From: Squalus acanthias
Taxonomy: Eukaryota
Direction of reading: 5' to 3'
Assembly: GCA_030390025.1 (NCBI GenBank)
Contig: CM059441.1
Span: 40,486,001-40,550,000 of the forward strand
DNA: 64,000 nucleotides
In this document: positions 36,353 to 49,751 of the stretch, in pieces
Layout of the letters: the number at the start of each line of letters is the position of its first letter
How positions within the stretch are numbered: the first letter of the stretch is position 1
Program-made: the position numbers and the translations under genes
The notes under the pieces: model-generated
Told to the model about the DNA's origin: nothing
Databases searched by the model: none
Seen by the model: the letters and a program-made list of their open reading frames with translations, nothing else

Positions 36353-39244
36353 TATATTGATTTTATATTATTATTTATAGTTAAATTGCAAAACTTGAGG
36401 CACTTTGGAAGTATAGTAGTTTCTCTATAGTACAGAGTGATGAGCTGGGAAATGCAAAACTGAGGTGCTACAGCACCACCACTGGTAGGAGGATGTAATT
36501 ATGACGTGACGAGTTTACACGGTTTCCATTATAAATGTGGATATTGAAATTTAGAATGGAAAAAAGTTGACACAAAAGTGTGACAAAAATATAACAACAG
36601 GAAGTGAGATATTTTTGGACAGGAAGTGTGCACAGACTTAAGATTTTTTAATATTACAGTTATGTAATTACATTGTGAAAAACACACAGTGGTGCAATTA
36701 TAGATTTTTCCTACCAAACTTGAGAGCATTGAGTTGCATAATGCCAGGGCGAAATATTGGCGCTTGCAGGTTTATCACTGGTGGGAGTGAGAGCAATTTC
36801 TGGTGAAGGATTAAAGGCATCACATGAGAAACAGAGTGCAGAACATTGACTTGAGTGTGATTTTTTTCTACCATGCTGAAAACCCCGAGTTACACTGTGC
36901 ATAATTTTGCAGGGGATATTATAATTTTATAACAGTGCTCAGAGGTGTTCATAACTATATTGAGAGCAGCTTCCTGACACTCCGCCCTGTGCTCCAGCTC
37001 AGTGAGGCAGAAGCTGAGTACTTGTATGAGAGGCAGCTGGGAGAATGCACTCTCTCTGCTGAGGTAAATGTCCTCATTAGGAAGTTACTAGAATTTTACA
37101 AAGTGTCCATATTTTACAAAAACAGGAAACAACATTTTGCTGTGAAAGCTCTTGAAATTTAAAAAAAAATGTACTTGGTACTACAGTCTAGTGTTGGGTT
37201 CTTAACTACTGAGAGTTGCCGTGGAAACAGAACACAGTGGCATGGAGAGTTTACATTTCAGACATCTCTCTTTACACTGAGAATGCTTTCTAAACTTGTA
37301 AAACGGTGCCTTCTGATTGATTAACAGTTTGGACATGGCAGCCATTTTGAATTATGACATAAGTAAAGTCTAGGACGGGGAAAGGTCATTCTGCTCATCC
37401 ATCTGCTGCTGTAAATGCGCCCTCTTAGTGTCCAACTGCACTTTGAACAACCCTAATGTTTGCCTCAACTAACCTGCCATGCAGATTATTCTAGATATTT
37501 TTTCCGTCACTCTTTGAATAAATAAGTTCTTCCCAATATTATTTTAAATTTACTTTTTACTCATTTAAATTTATGTCCTCTGGCCTACTTTCCTGGCTTA
37601 TTTGAAGGCAATGAAGTGGATTTACCTTTCAACACCATTTAATATTTGACATACCTCAATCACAACCCACCTTTTTTCTACTATACACCCTGAGTGTCTC
37701 CAAACAGTGATTACATGCTGTCTGGTAACATTTGTATTGAGGTAAACAAAGCAACAGCTGAGTCTGGTCCTGTTCTCTCCCAATGTCCTAAACCCAGACT
37801 TCCAGCAGGGGTTGCTGGATAATGACCCTGGCCGATTTTTCCCCTTGTTAGCCAAGGGCTCTGAAGCCTGCCGCTACCTGGCTGAGATCAACTTTACCTG
37901 CCCAGTCCCAATCACATCTTTATTGGTCTTGGACTTGGCAAAAGCAGCCAACTATAATGCAGGAGTGAAGAAGATGAGAGTTGATAGAAAACAGAAGTTC
38001 ATCTTCTGTGACGTTTTCATCTGATAAAGGTGAACCACTAGGTGGATGAAGGATCATTTTATGAAGGCTTAATATTCAAGACATTCTTCAAATTTTCAGC
38101 AATACTTGAAAAGCTGTTAATATTCGTGGAACCAAATACAGAAAATGCTGGAAATACATAGCTGATCCATCAGTATCTGTAAAAAAAAAAGTGAGGGTAA
38201 CGTTGAGTGTATTATCCTTCGTCAGAACCGAGATAATTTGTAGGCCTGGTGAATGAAATTCATAATGTCTGGCCTGCAACTGATCACAATTGGATAGGGT
38301 TGAAGATATCAGAACCTGATCCAAGCAGCATCAGCTGTTCCTTTCATGTATAGTTTTCATTACATCAGAGTGTCTGCAGCAACACCAGCTGTTTCTGTTT
38401 CATTTTAGCTTTAGAAGGTCGGTAACTCCAATTGTGCGAGGTGGCTACCATTGGACCAAGGTTGGGACTGTCCCTTTGACAGTTTTCAACTGCTCTTATA
38501 TATTTCATGAGCCACCTTAATGAGAGCTTTTGAGAAAGAGGTTCATCTGTCAGTATGTTTTGATGAAGATTTGTTCTGGCAAATCACAGCAGTGTTGCAA
38601 AGTGCAGCAGTTACTCAGCAGATTCTCTTATCAGATGTAGAAATTAGGAACTGAAACATACACAGGGCAGTGCTGCTGTCACCATGGAGTCAGTGGCAGG
38701 CAAAGAGAGCCAACAATAGCCTAAAACCTGTGATTAGTCACCATTTCAAGGCCTCCATATTGGATAGACAGCAAGGAATTTGGATTCCCTCACAAGGTGT
38801 TAGCTTTTTTATTCCTCTTTAAAATGGCCTGTTTAATCCCCTGAAGTAAATGTCTCAATTATTCATGGTTAGCAGTTTTTACTGTAAAAAGCACAAAAAA
38901 GAAACATAAATTAAAAATAAAATATTTAGTGTTAGTACAAGTGAATCCATTAAATCCAACAATGAATGACATTGAACAATACATTTTCATAAAATGTTTA
39001 ATGTCTTGACTCTTCAAAGATTAGCATAAAAATGACTAATGCATAGTGTGAAATTCCTTTAACTGCCATTTTAAGAGGTACTAACTTAAAATAAACAAAT
39101 TAATGCCTCTGATACAGTTTGGACTTTTTCCCAACACTTTATTTATGTGTTCACAGAGAAAGTGCAGCTTCCACAAGCAAACCAATCCTTCTATGAACCT
39201 AAACCTGCACCATTATTCCTTAATAAGAGTATTTAAAAAAAACA

Positions 39245-42200
39245 TTTTTTTTATTTGTTTATGGGATGTGGGCGTCGCTGGCAAGGCCAGCATTTATTGC
39301 CCATCCCTAATTGCCCTTGAGAAGGTGTTGGTAAGCCGCCTTCTTGAACCGCTGCAGTCCGTGTGGTGAAGGTGCTCCCACAGTGCTGTTAGGGAGGGAG
39401 TTCCAGGATTTTGACCCAGCGACGATGAAGGATCGGCGATATACTTCTAAGTCAGGATGGTGTGTGACTTGGAGGGGAACTTGGAGGTGGTGGTGTTCCC
39501 ATGCGCCTGCTGCCTTTGTCCTTATAGGTGGGAGAGGTTGCGGGTTTGGGAGGTGCTGCCGAAGAAGCCTTGGCGAGTTGCTGCAGTGCATCTTGTAGAT
39601 GGTACACACTGCAGTCACGGTGCGCCGATGGTGCAGGCAGTGAATGTTTAAGGTGGTGGATGGGGTGCCAATCAAGCGGGCTGCTTTGCCCTGGATGGTG
39701 TCGAGCTTCATGAGTGTTGTTGGAGCTGCACTCATCCAAGCAAGTGGAGAGTATTCCATCACACTCCTTACTTGTGCCTTGTAGATGGTGGAAAGGCTTT
39801 GGGGAGTCAGGAGGTGAGACACTCACCGCAGAATACCTAGCCTCTGACCTGCTCTTGTTTCCACAGTATTTATGTGGCTGGTCCAGTTAAGTTTCTGGTC
39901 AATGGTGACCCCCAGGATGCTGATGGTGGGGGATTCGGCGATGGTAATACCATTGAATGTCAAGGAGAGGTGGTTAGACTCTCGCTTGTTGGAGATAGTC
40001 AATGGCTGGCACTTCTGTGGCGCGAATGTTACCTGCCACTTATCAGCCCAAGCCTGAACATCATCCAGGTCTTGTTGCATGCGGGCATGGACTGCTTCAT
40101 TATCTGAGGAGTGGTGAATGGCGCTGAGCACTGTGCAGTCATCAGCAAACATCCCCATTTCTGCCCTTATGTTGGAGGGAAGGTCATTGATGAAGCAGAT
40201 GAAGATGGTTGGGCCTGGGACACTGCCCTGAGGAACTCCTGCAGCAATGTCCCGGGGCTGTGATGATTGACCTTCAACCACCACAACCATCTTCCTTTGT
40301 GCTAGGTATGAGTTAAGCCAGTGGAGAGTTTTGCCCCCAATTCCCATTGACTTCAGTTTTACTAGGGCTCCTTGATGCCACACTCGGTCAAATGCTACCT
40401 TGATGTCAAGGGCAGTCACTCTCACCTCACCTCTGGAATTCAGCTCCTTTGTCCATGTTTGGACCAAGGCTGTAATGAGGGCAGGAGCCGAGTGGTCTTA
40501 GTGGAACCCAAACTGGGCATCTGTGAGCAGGTTATTGGTGAGTAAGTGCCGCTTGATAGCACTTTCCATGACACCTTTCAACACTTTGCTGATGATTGAG
40601 AGTAGACTGATGGGGCGGTAATTGGCTGGGTTGGATTTGTCCTGCTTTTTGTGGACAGGACATACCCGGGCAGTTTTCCACATTGTTGGATAGATGCCAG
40701 TGTTGTAGATGTACTGGAACAGCTTGGCTAGAGGCGTGGCTAGTTCTGGAGTACAAGTCTTCAGCACGATAGCCGGGATGTTGTCGGGACCCATAGCCTT
40801 TGCTGTATCCAGTGCACTCAGCTGTTTCTTGATATCACGTGGAGTGAATCGAATTGGCTGAAGACTAGATTCTGTGATGGTGGGGACCTCAGGAGTAGGC
40901 CGATATGGATCATCCACTCGGCACTTCTGGCTGAAGATGGTTGCAAATGCTTCAGCCTTGTTTTTTGCACTCACGTGCTGGGCTGCACCATCATTGAGGA
41001 TGAGGATATTCATGTGGCCTCCTCCTCCTGTTAGTTGTTTAATGGTCCACCACCATTCACGACTGGATGTGGCAGGACTGCAGTGCTTTGATCTGATCCG
41101 TTGATTGTGGGATCGCTTAGCCCTGTCTATAGCATGCTGCTTCTGCTTTTTAGCATGCATGTAGTCCTGTGTTGCAGCTTCCCCAGGTTGACACCTCATT
41201 TTTAGGTACGCCTGTTGCTGCTCCTGGCATGCTCTTCTACACTCCTCATTGAACCAGGGTTGGCCCCCTGGCTTGATGATAATGGTAGAGTGAGGGATAT
41301 GCTGGGCCATGAGGTTACAGATTGTGGTGGAATACAATTCTGTTGCTGCCCCACAGCGCCTCATGGATCCCCAGTTTCGAGCTGCTAGATCTGTTCTGAA
41401 TCTATCCCATTTAGCACAGTGGTAGTGCCACAGAACACGATGGAGGGTGTCCTCAGTGTGAAGACAGGACTTCGTCTCCACAATGACTGTGCGGTGGTCA
41501 CTCCTACCAATACTGTCATGGACAGATACATCTGCGACAGGTAGATTGGTGAGGACGAGGTCAAGTATGTCCTCTCACCACCTGTCGCAGGCCCAGACTG
41601 GCAGTTATGATCTTCAGGACTCAGCCAGCTTGGTCAGTTGTGGTGCTACTGAGCCACTCTTGGTGATGGACATTGAAGTCCCCCACCCAGAGTACATTCT
41701 GTGCATCTTCCAAGTGGTGTTCAACATGGAGGAGTACTGATTCATCAGTTGAGGGAGGGCGGTAGGTGGTAATCAGCAGGAGGTTTCCTTGCCCATGCTT
41801 GACCTGAAGCCATGAGAATTCATGTGGTCTGGAGTCAATGTTGAGGACTCCCAGGGCCACTCCTTCCCGACTGTATACCACTGTGCTGCCACCCCTGGTG
41901 GGTCTGTCCTGCCGGTGGGACAGGACATACCCAGGGATGGTGATGGAGGAGTTTGGGACATTGGTTGAAAGGCATGATTCTGTGAGTATTCACTATGTCA
42001 GGCTGTTGCTTGACTAGTCTGTACGACAGCTCTCCCAATTTTGGCACAAGTCCCCAGATGTTGGTGAGGAGGACTTTGCAGGGTTGACTGGGCTGGGTGT
42101 GCCATTGTCGTGTCCGTAGCCGGTGCCGAGGTCGATGCCAGGTGGTTCGTCAGGTTTCATTCTTTTTATTGTTTTTTGTAGCGGTTTGTTATAACTGAGT

Positions 42201-42517
42201 GGCTTGCTTGGCCATTTCAGAGGGCAGTTAAGAGTCAACCACATTGCTGTGGGTCTGGAGTCACATATAGGTCAGACCAGGTAAGGACAGCAGATTTCCT
42301 TCCTTAAAGGACATTAGTGAACCAGATGGATTTTTACGACAATCCGATAGTTTCATGGTTACCATTACTGATACTAGTAATTATTCCAGATTTATTTAAT
42401 TAACTGAATTTAAATTCCCCAGCTGCCATGGTGGGATTTGAATTCACGTCTCCGGATCATTAGTCCAGGCATTCTGGATTACTAGCCCAGTGACATTACC
42501 ACTACGCTACCGTTCCC
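39245..42517 (-). mobile_element. Near full-length single-ORF (APE-RT) LINE with tRNA-derived 5' head
   Basis: Head at 42421-42517 (A box TAGCGTAGTGG, B-box-like GAATTCAAATCC); APE and RT in ORFs 41621-41881, 40498-41481, 39823-40467 and 39307-39822; poly(A) tail. Confidence 0.9.
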
Positions 42518-42844
42518 ATAATGGACTGGAGACCATGTGCATTGCCCACCATGTTATTGTGCCTACTCCAAATGGCAGTAAATACCATGCTATCAGACCA
42601 TTCCATTCAGGCTAAATCTATTAGTCAGTTTTATTTAAAAAGATCACATGGCACTGTTCAGGTTAATTGCATGAAATCAGTAAGAGACTGAAATAGATGG
42701 AGGATACAAATATTTTTTAAAAAACATATAGATTCATAATATAGATATAGAAAATGCCCTTTTCTAGATAATATATCTTGCACAGTTTGCTATGAAACTT
42801 GTGGATGAAACAGACTTTTGACAATATAATGCTGTGCATGGGCA

Positions 42845-45490
42845 GTATAAGAACATAAGAAATAGGAGCAGGAGTAGGCCATTTGGCCCTTCGAGCCTGC
42901 TCCGCCATTCAATAAGATCGTGGCTCATCTTCTACCTCATCTCCACTTTCCTGAACTATCCCCATATCCCGTGATTCCCTTAATATTCAAAAATCTATCG
43001 ATCTCTGTCTTGAATATATTCAACAACTGAGCCTCCACAGCCCTCTAGGGTAGAGAATTCCAAAGATTCACCACCCTCTGAGTGAAGAAATTTCTCCTCA
43101 TCTCAGTCCTAAATGGCCGACCCCTTATTCTGAGACTGTGACCCCTGGTTCTAGACTCCCCAGCCAGGGGAAACATCCTCCCTGCATCTACCCTGTCAAG
43201 CCCTGTACGAATTTTGTATATTTCAATGAGATCACCTCTCATTCTTCTAAACTCTAGAGAATATAGGCCTACTCTACTCAATCTCTCCTCATAGGACAAT
43301 CCCCCCATCCCAGGAACCAGTCTGGTGAACCTTCCTTGCACTCCCTCTATGGCAAGTATATCCTTCCTTAGGTAAGGAGGCCAAAACTGTACACAATACT
43401 CCAGGTGTGGTCTCACCAGGGCCCTATATAATTGCAGTAAGACATCTTTACTCTTATACTTGCTTTCCTAATTGCTTGCTGTACCTGCATGATAACTTTC
43501 AGTGATGCATGTACAAGGACACCCAGATCCCTCTGAACACCAACATTTCCCAATCTCTCACCATTTGAAAAATACTCTGCTTTTCTATTTTTCCTACCAA
43601 AATGGATAACTTCACATTTCCCCCCATTATATTCCATTTGCCATGTTCTTGCCCACTCATTTAGCCTGTCTATATCCCCTTGAAGCCTCCTTGCATCTGT
43701 AGCACTTTCTCTTCCTACTGTTTGGACCTCGAGAATTACGAATTAGCTTAACAATGACAGACAAGGATGTGATCAATAAAATTGATCTTTTAATCAGACG
43801 ATAGTTCAAAATTCAAGTGTACATAGAAGCACCTTTGGCAATAAATTCAAAGAACTCCCGGCAATAAATATGCCTGCAACTTAGCAATTCAAAGTATATA
43901 ACCGTGCCCCTTTAATGATTCAAATGTACATAAAAGTACCCCCTTTAACTTTATCTAAGCCTGTGTCCAATTCTCATACATACTCCTTCATTTCTGGGTG
44001 ATCGGTCAAAGGAAACTGTAAGTCGAAACATGAACTGGCCAGCTTTCTCACTTCAATCTTCCTCCTGCTTTGTCTTCTCTGTTCTTCTTCTTATCTCTGA
44101 AAACTCCCGCCACTGGGTTATAAGGACTCGTTGATCGTAAATTACTCTCTGCCTCCCTTGGCTAGGTCTGTCCACTCCAAACCTTCCCTAATTGGAGTTC
44201 CATCCGCATGACACGTTCCTGTTCCTGTGAGATGTGTGTTCTCCCCTTCTTGTCCAGGTGGCCTCTCAAACAAAGAACGCACACTGACCACCATTGTGTG
44301 TCTTCACAGACAAAGAACACCTGCTGATTTCCTACATTTTAAATCCGTCCGTTATCATCTTACAATTTGTTCGCAATTTCGATCTCCACACGGTAGCAGC
44401 GGTTGTATTACACTTTTCAGAATCTTACACATCCTCCTCACAACTTACATTCCCACCCGGCTTTGTATCATCAGGAAACTTGGATATATTACATTTGATC
44501 CCCTCATCCAAATCATTGATGTAGATTGTGAATAGCTGAGGCCCAAGCACTGATCCTTGCGGTACCCCACTAGTTACAGCCTGCCAAAACGAAAATGACC
44601 CGTTTATTCCTACTCTCTGTTTTCTGTCCGTTAACCAATCCTCAATCCATGCTAGTATATTACCCCCAATCCCATGAGCCCTAATTTTGTTTAATAACCT
44701 CTTGTGTGGCACCTTATCAAATGCCTTCTGAAAATCTAAATACACCACATCCACTGGTTCCCCCTTATCTATTCTGCTATTTACAACCTCAAAAAAGTCT
44801 AACAGATTTGTCAAACACGATTTCCCTTTCATAAATCCGTGTTGACTCTGCCCAGTCCTATTATTATTTTCTAAGTGCCCTGTTACCACGTCCTTAATAA
44901 TAGATTCTAGCATTTTCCCTACTACTGATGTCAGGCTAACTGGTCTGTAGTTTCCCATTTTCTCTCTCCCTCCTTTCTTAAATAGTGGGGTTACATTTGC
45001 TTCCTTCCAATCCACAGGAACCATTCTAGAATCTATTGAATTTTGGAAAATGACAACCAATGCATCCACTATCTCTATAGCCAACTCTTTCAAAACCCTA
45101 GGATGTAGGCCATCAGGTCCAGGGGATTTATCAGCTTTCAGTCCCATTAATTTCTCCAGTACTACTTTTTTACTAATACTAATATCTTTCAGTTCCTCAT
45201 TCTTGCTAGACCCTTGGTTGTCCACTATTTCCGGGAAGTTTTTTACGTCTTCTTCCGTGAAGACAGACACAAAGTATTTGTTTAATTTCTCTGCCATTTC
45301 CTTATTCCCCATTATAATTTCTCCTGTCTCAGCCTGTAAGGGACCCACATTTACTTTTGCTAATCTTTTTCTTTTTACATACCTATAGAAGCTTTTACAG
45401 TCTGTTTTTATGTCTCTCGCTAGTTTACTCTCATTCTATTTTCCCTTTCTTTATCCTCCTTTGCTGAATTCTAAAATCCTCCCAATTCCT
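42845..45490 (-). mobile_element. CR1 LINE fragment split by a solo LTR
   Basis: ORF 44425-45348 KSPGPDGLHPRVLKE...[10 protein letters not shown]; continues 43045-43637; ttcttatg tail. Confidence 0.92.
43698..44429 (-). mobile_element. Solo LTR (732 bp)
   Basis: TGTA...TACA ends and 4-bp TSD CATC (43694-43697, 44430-44433); removal restores the CR1 sequence gcatcctcctcacaac. CCAAT then TATAA on the - strand suggest orientation. Confidence 0.8.
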
Positions 45491-46149
45491 GTATCAGGCC
45501 ACAGAATCCAAATGTTAATTCCAGAAACTAAACTGAACTGAATGAAAGACATGGGAAAAGTCAGTAGGATATACATTCCCAAGCAAAAAGGTCTGCCATT
45601 CAATTGAGTTCACAGGTGCAATGCAAGAGATGTTTGCATTCCATACTAATGAGCAGGTGTTCACACACCAGTTGTTTTCCCAGGACTTGTTAATCTATTA
45701 AACAATGTATATTTTGAACAACTTCTACAATGAACCGCCATTGATGGTTCGGCCATTTAAGATGTAATGCATTCATCTGCAAGAGCTTGTTTACTTTGAG
45801 ACTTGCTAGTGGTTAAAGTCTTTCCCATGTCTGATTGGCATGAGTTGGAGCCTACAAATAAAGTACCTATCATCCTTCAGAGAACCAAAAATATGGATTA
45901 ACACCTAAAACCAAGGTTTTGCATTTAGGCTTATAAAATAGTCCTATACCTCTCCCGATTTTCATTTCCAGTGAAGTCAATAGAAATGAAAATTGGGAGA
46001 GATGTACAACGGACGATGGAATCGATATCGCCCATTTTGCACTATCGTCCAAAGTCCCAATTCCCCTCATTGAGTGGCATTTGCTCAGTAATATATGAGA
46101 AAGCCGTGTGATTCCTGGAGCTGGAGCCTGCAGTCTAGCAGTAGACATT

Positions 46150-46883
46150 GGCCCTGAAATTCGCCTCTCCGGCTTGCCGCGGGGGTAAGGATCGCGCGCG
46201 CACTTACCTACCGCGCCTGCCGTTGACCTCTGGGCCCACGGGAACTTCAGCTCCTGGGCCTGCTCCAAGTGCCGGCGCGCAGTGCTTGCGTGTTCCAGGG
46301 GCGCAGTTAGTGCGATGCGTCCCCTGGGATCACGTGGGCCATGGAGAGCCAATGGCAGCAGACCATCTTTCATTCATAGATTTGACAGGATTGAAATCGG
46401 CCCCAAAAGAACAGCTAAACTTAAAATAAATTTTTTAAAAACCATCACATTTATAAAATAACTATAAGTTAAATAAATTAACTACTTTAAACAAAAATTT
46501 AAATTTTTGAAAAAATTAAAATACTTTTTAAGAGTGCTAAAAATAAACTTACCTTTCTTTAAAGTATCTAAAAAAGATAAACTTGTTGAAAATTTTTTTA
46601 AATTATAATTAATTAACCACTTACCTTGTTGAAAACGGGTCCTGCGCCTCCTTTTTAAAAGCGCAGGTTCTTCAATACTTACCCTCCCGTAGAAACCTGA
46701 AAAAAAACCTAAGTTTGCTGCATGCGCGCAGCCTCTACCGCGCACGCGGTTCACCTCTGAACCGCTCCCTTCACCAGACTGGAAGTTCCAGTTTCCCGCG
46801 CATGCAGGAAACCGGCACTTCAGGAGGCCTTATGGGTGAGTACACAGCGCGTACTCACCCGGCAAGGGCCGAATTTTTGGCCC
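46150..46883. mobile_element. Harbinger-like MITE, family copy A
   Basis: att|ggccctgaaattcg ... cgaatttttggccc|att. Confidence 0.85.
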
Positions 46884-47769
46884 ATTCTGTGTAAGTTGGG
46901 ATGATTTCCTCGGGCTGTTTTTTGAATGCATTTACAGTTTAAGCTAGAAGCACCAACCAGCCAAAATATTTTTGCATCTATTTACAATGTCGTCACCAGA
47001 CGAGATCATTCCAAAGGTATTGCCAAAAGTGACACACATATTAAAATCTAGCTAAATGCACATTTTGAATGAAAGTTCTGTGACTGAAATACTATGGAGT
47101 TAGCCAGTAGACCGTAGATAGAATTGTCCTTTGAAACTGGCCACAATTCAAATACTCTTCTGATATACCAGCTTTTTATTTCCTAATGTTCCAGTAATCC
47201 TAACAAAATATTACAGGGAACTTAATCCTAAAGTTCAGAAAGCAGAAATTAATTTAATTGGTGCAAATTGATATTCACATTTTAGGCACTTAATAGAAAT
47301 AGCCATCTAAAGGATTTTGATAGTACTGGGAAACACCTAGGCTAAAGCAGTAGCCCTGGGTAACAGCTTTAGACTTCATTGCTATATCCTGTACTGCCTT
47401 ACTCTTTATTGCATTGTTTTATGACATATGAGGGTCTCATATTTCCTTGTACGATTTCAGCTGTCCCAGTATTTATAGGTCAACCAGTCTAGGGGAGGGT
47501 ATACGAAAGACCAGGGTAATTCAGTCAGGACCACAATGAGGATGGAAACTTTTCTAATTATGTGGTAGCGATGAGTTGGCTGCAGTTAGCACTAATAGTC
47601 TTTTAATCTACATGTGGCTATCTGGTCTGGAATGCTTTGCAAACGTGTATGCAGTTCTGCATCAACTTAAAGCTAGTGTGCGTACGATAGGTGCAGCCTG
47701 AAATAAACAGGAGCTGCCAACCAGTACAGGACCCATTCACCCCTGCAATCCACGCCTAATAATCCTTTG

Positions 47770-48232
47770 TGACAGCCTTAGCTCAGCAGTTGTGCTCTTG
47801 CCTCTGAATCAGAATGTCATATGTTCAAACCCCACTCTAGGAGACTTCAGCATATAATCTCGGTTGATCCTTCAGTGCAGTACTGAGGGAGTTGCTACAC
47901 TGTCAAAGATGCCGTCTTTCAGGTGAGATATTAAACCAAGGCCCTGTCTGCGCTCTCAGGAGGATGTAAAATAACTCATGGTACTATTCAAAGAAGAGCA
48001 GGAGGAGTTCTCCCGGTGTCCTGGTCAACATTTATCCCTCAACCAATAATCACTAAAACAGATAATCTGGTCATTTATTTCATTGCTGTTTGTGGGAGCT
48101 TGCTGTGCACAAATTTGCTGCTGCGTTTCCCTACATTACAACAGTGACTACATTTCAAAAGTACATCATTGGTTGTAAAGCACTTTGGGACATCCTGAGG
48201 TCATGAAAGGTACTTTATAAATGCCAGTTCTC
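47770..48232 (+). mobile_element. Deu-domain tRNA SINE, near full length
   Basis: Head tgacagccttagctcagcag...gttcaaaccc; ttgctgtttgtgggagcttgctgtgcacaaatttgctgctgcgtttcc; L2-like tail. Confidence 0.8.
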
Positions 48233-48524
48233 TCTGTTTAACTTTTACAATATCCTATATAGAACTGCAGCGAAAAAAATCCCTACAAATAAAATTTGTT
48301 GGGATCGCATCTGTGATTTGATTATGTGGGTGACTCAACAGTTCAAATTGAGTGTATTTGTATGCCTTTTAAAATAGGTGTACAAAGGAATACTGCATTG
48401 ACTATCACAGTACCTAATATAAGACTGAAATACATTCCCATTAAGTCTATTGAAATGTTAATCTAAGGAAAACGCATTTGTTTCTATTAAGCCAAAAGTC
48501 AACCAGAAAAAGCAACAGAACAGG

Positions 48525-48790
48525 ACAGAAATGAGGAGGAATTTCTTCACCCAGAGAGTGGTGAACCTGTGGAATTCTCTACCACAGAAGGCAGTAGAGG
48601 CCAATTCATTAAATATATTCAAGAAGGAGTTGAATATATTTCTTAAGGCTAAAGGGATCAAGGGATATGGGGAGAAAGCAGGGACAGGGTACTGAATTTG
48701 GATGATCAGCCATGATCGCATTGAATGGCGGAACAGGCTAGAGGGGCCGAATGGCCTACTCCTGCTCCTATCTTCTATGTTTCTATGTAA
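48525..48790 (+). mobile_element. CR1 3' tail
   Basis: gaaatgaggaggaatttcttcacccagagagtgg...ggccgaatggcctactcctgctcc; ttctatgtttctatg. Confidence 0.85.
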
Positions 48791-49751
48791 CACCTTTCCA
48801 ATGCTCTACACTCACTATGATATATAAACAGTAATTGTATACTTTTCTTTATTATAGAATATTGGGTGCTGTATGCCAATCACTTCAATAGCTCTACGCG
48901 ATGGGACATCTGGGAAGAAGCTAAACTCATTTATTCTGTTTCACTTGGATTGAACTGAAAGAATTTGCTTTAACTTCTCTTACCATGCATCTTAAGTTTA
49001 TTGAACTACCATTTTCTGTTTGTTTCCAACTTCAGTTCTTAGAAAGTAGTCATTGTGACCTGTACCTTAGGAAAGGAGGTTCAGAGCCGTCTCATAATGC
49101 ACTGTTATTTCAAATATAGGACTGCCTTAATTCTGTAAAGTTTGTTTTTATATAGGTTTAGAATGTGGTAATAAAATGCTATGTTTCACATATAGAACGC
49201 CTGTGTTATATAGCAGATATCATAGCTGCCAATATGGGACTATATTCAATATCCAAAATAAGTCAGTCATCACCGACACTTTGTGTTTTACAATAAAATA
49301 TCGACTGCGTACCTTTGTGCTGCTCAGTTCTTTCATCGTCCAATGAAACTATTTGTCCTCCTAAGCACCAGATGTAAGTACCTTTAAATGCCTCTTCTCC
49401 AGGTTTAACACACTGCAGGCATTAGGGGCGCTGTATCTGAAATTGAGAAACTGGCTCCGACTATAAGGTTCCTGCTACGATTTTCATTTCTGTCCTAAAA
49501 CCTACACAAACTCATGAATTTCAAACCTTTCACAAAAAATTCTGTTCAGTCTAGAAATAATTGTTTTTTTGCTGCTGATTTCTCTTTCAATAGCAAGCAT
49601 TGCAGTTTATCCCCTTTCTACTCATACTTTGTTTTATTTAATAAACAGAATGGAATTCATACTAATAAAGAGCAATTTACATTAATAAACAGCATGTACA
49701 ACAGCCATAACTAATTCTCTAATAGACCAATGCATTTTTACAACATACATT

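Noticed and set aside
38320-38400. CAGCTG E-box pair as a muscle enhancer downstream of APOBEC2
   Set aside because: Six-base motifs are expected by chance; unsupported without conservation or chromatin data.
42421-42517. Functional tRNA gene (also the SINE heads at ~35850-35924 and ~47770)
   Set aside because: No proper acceptor stem or terminator; each is fused to a retroelement body.
49300-49500. Possible - strand exon (ttttag...aag|gtacgc), considered as part of a neighbouring gene such as OARD1
   Set aside because: Stops in all three frames from that acceptor and no recognisable protein motif; I found no OARD1, NFYA or TSPO2 coding sequence in the window.
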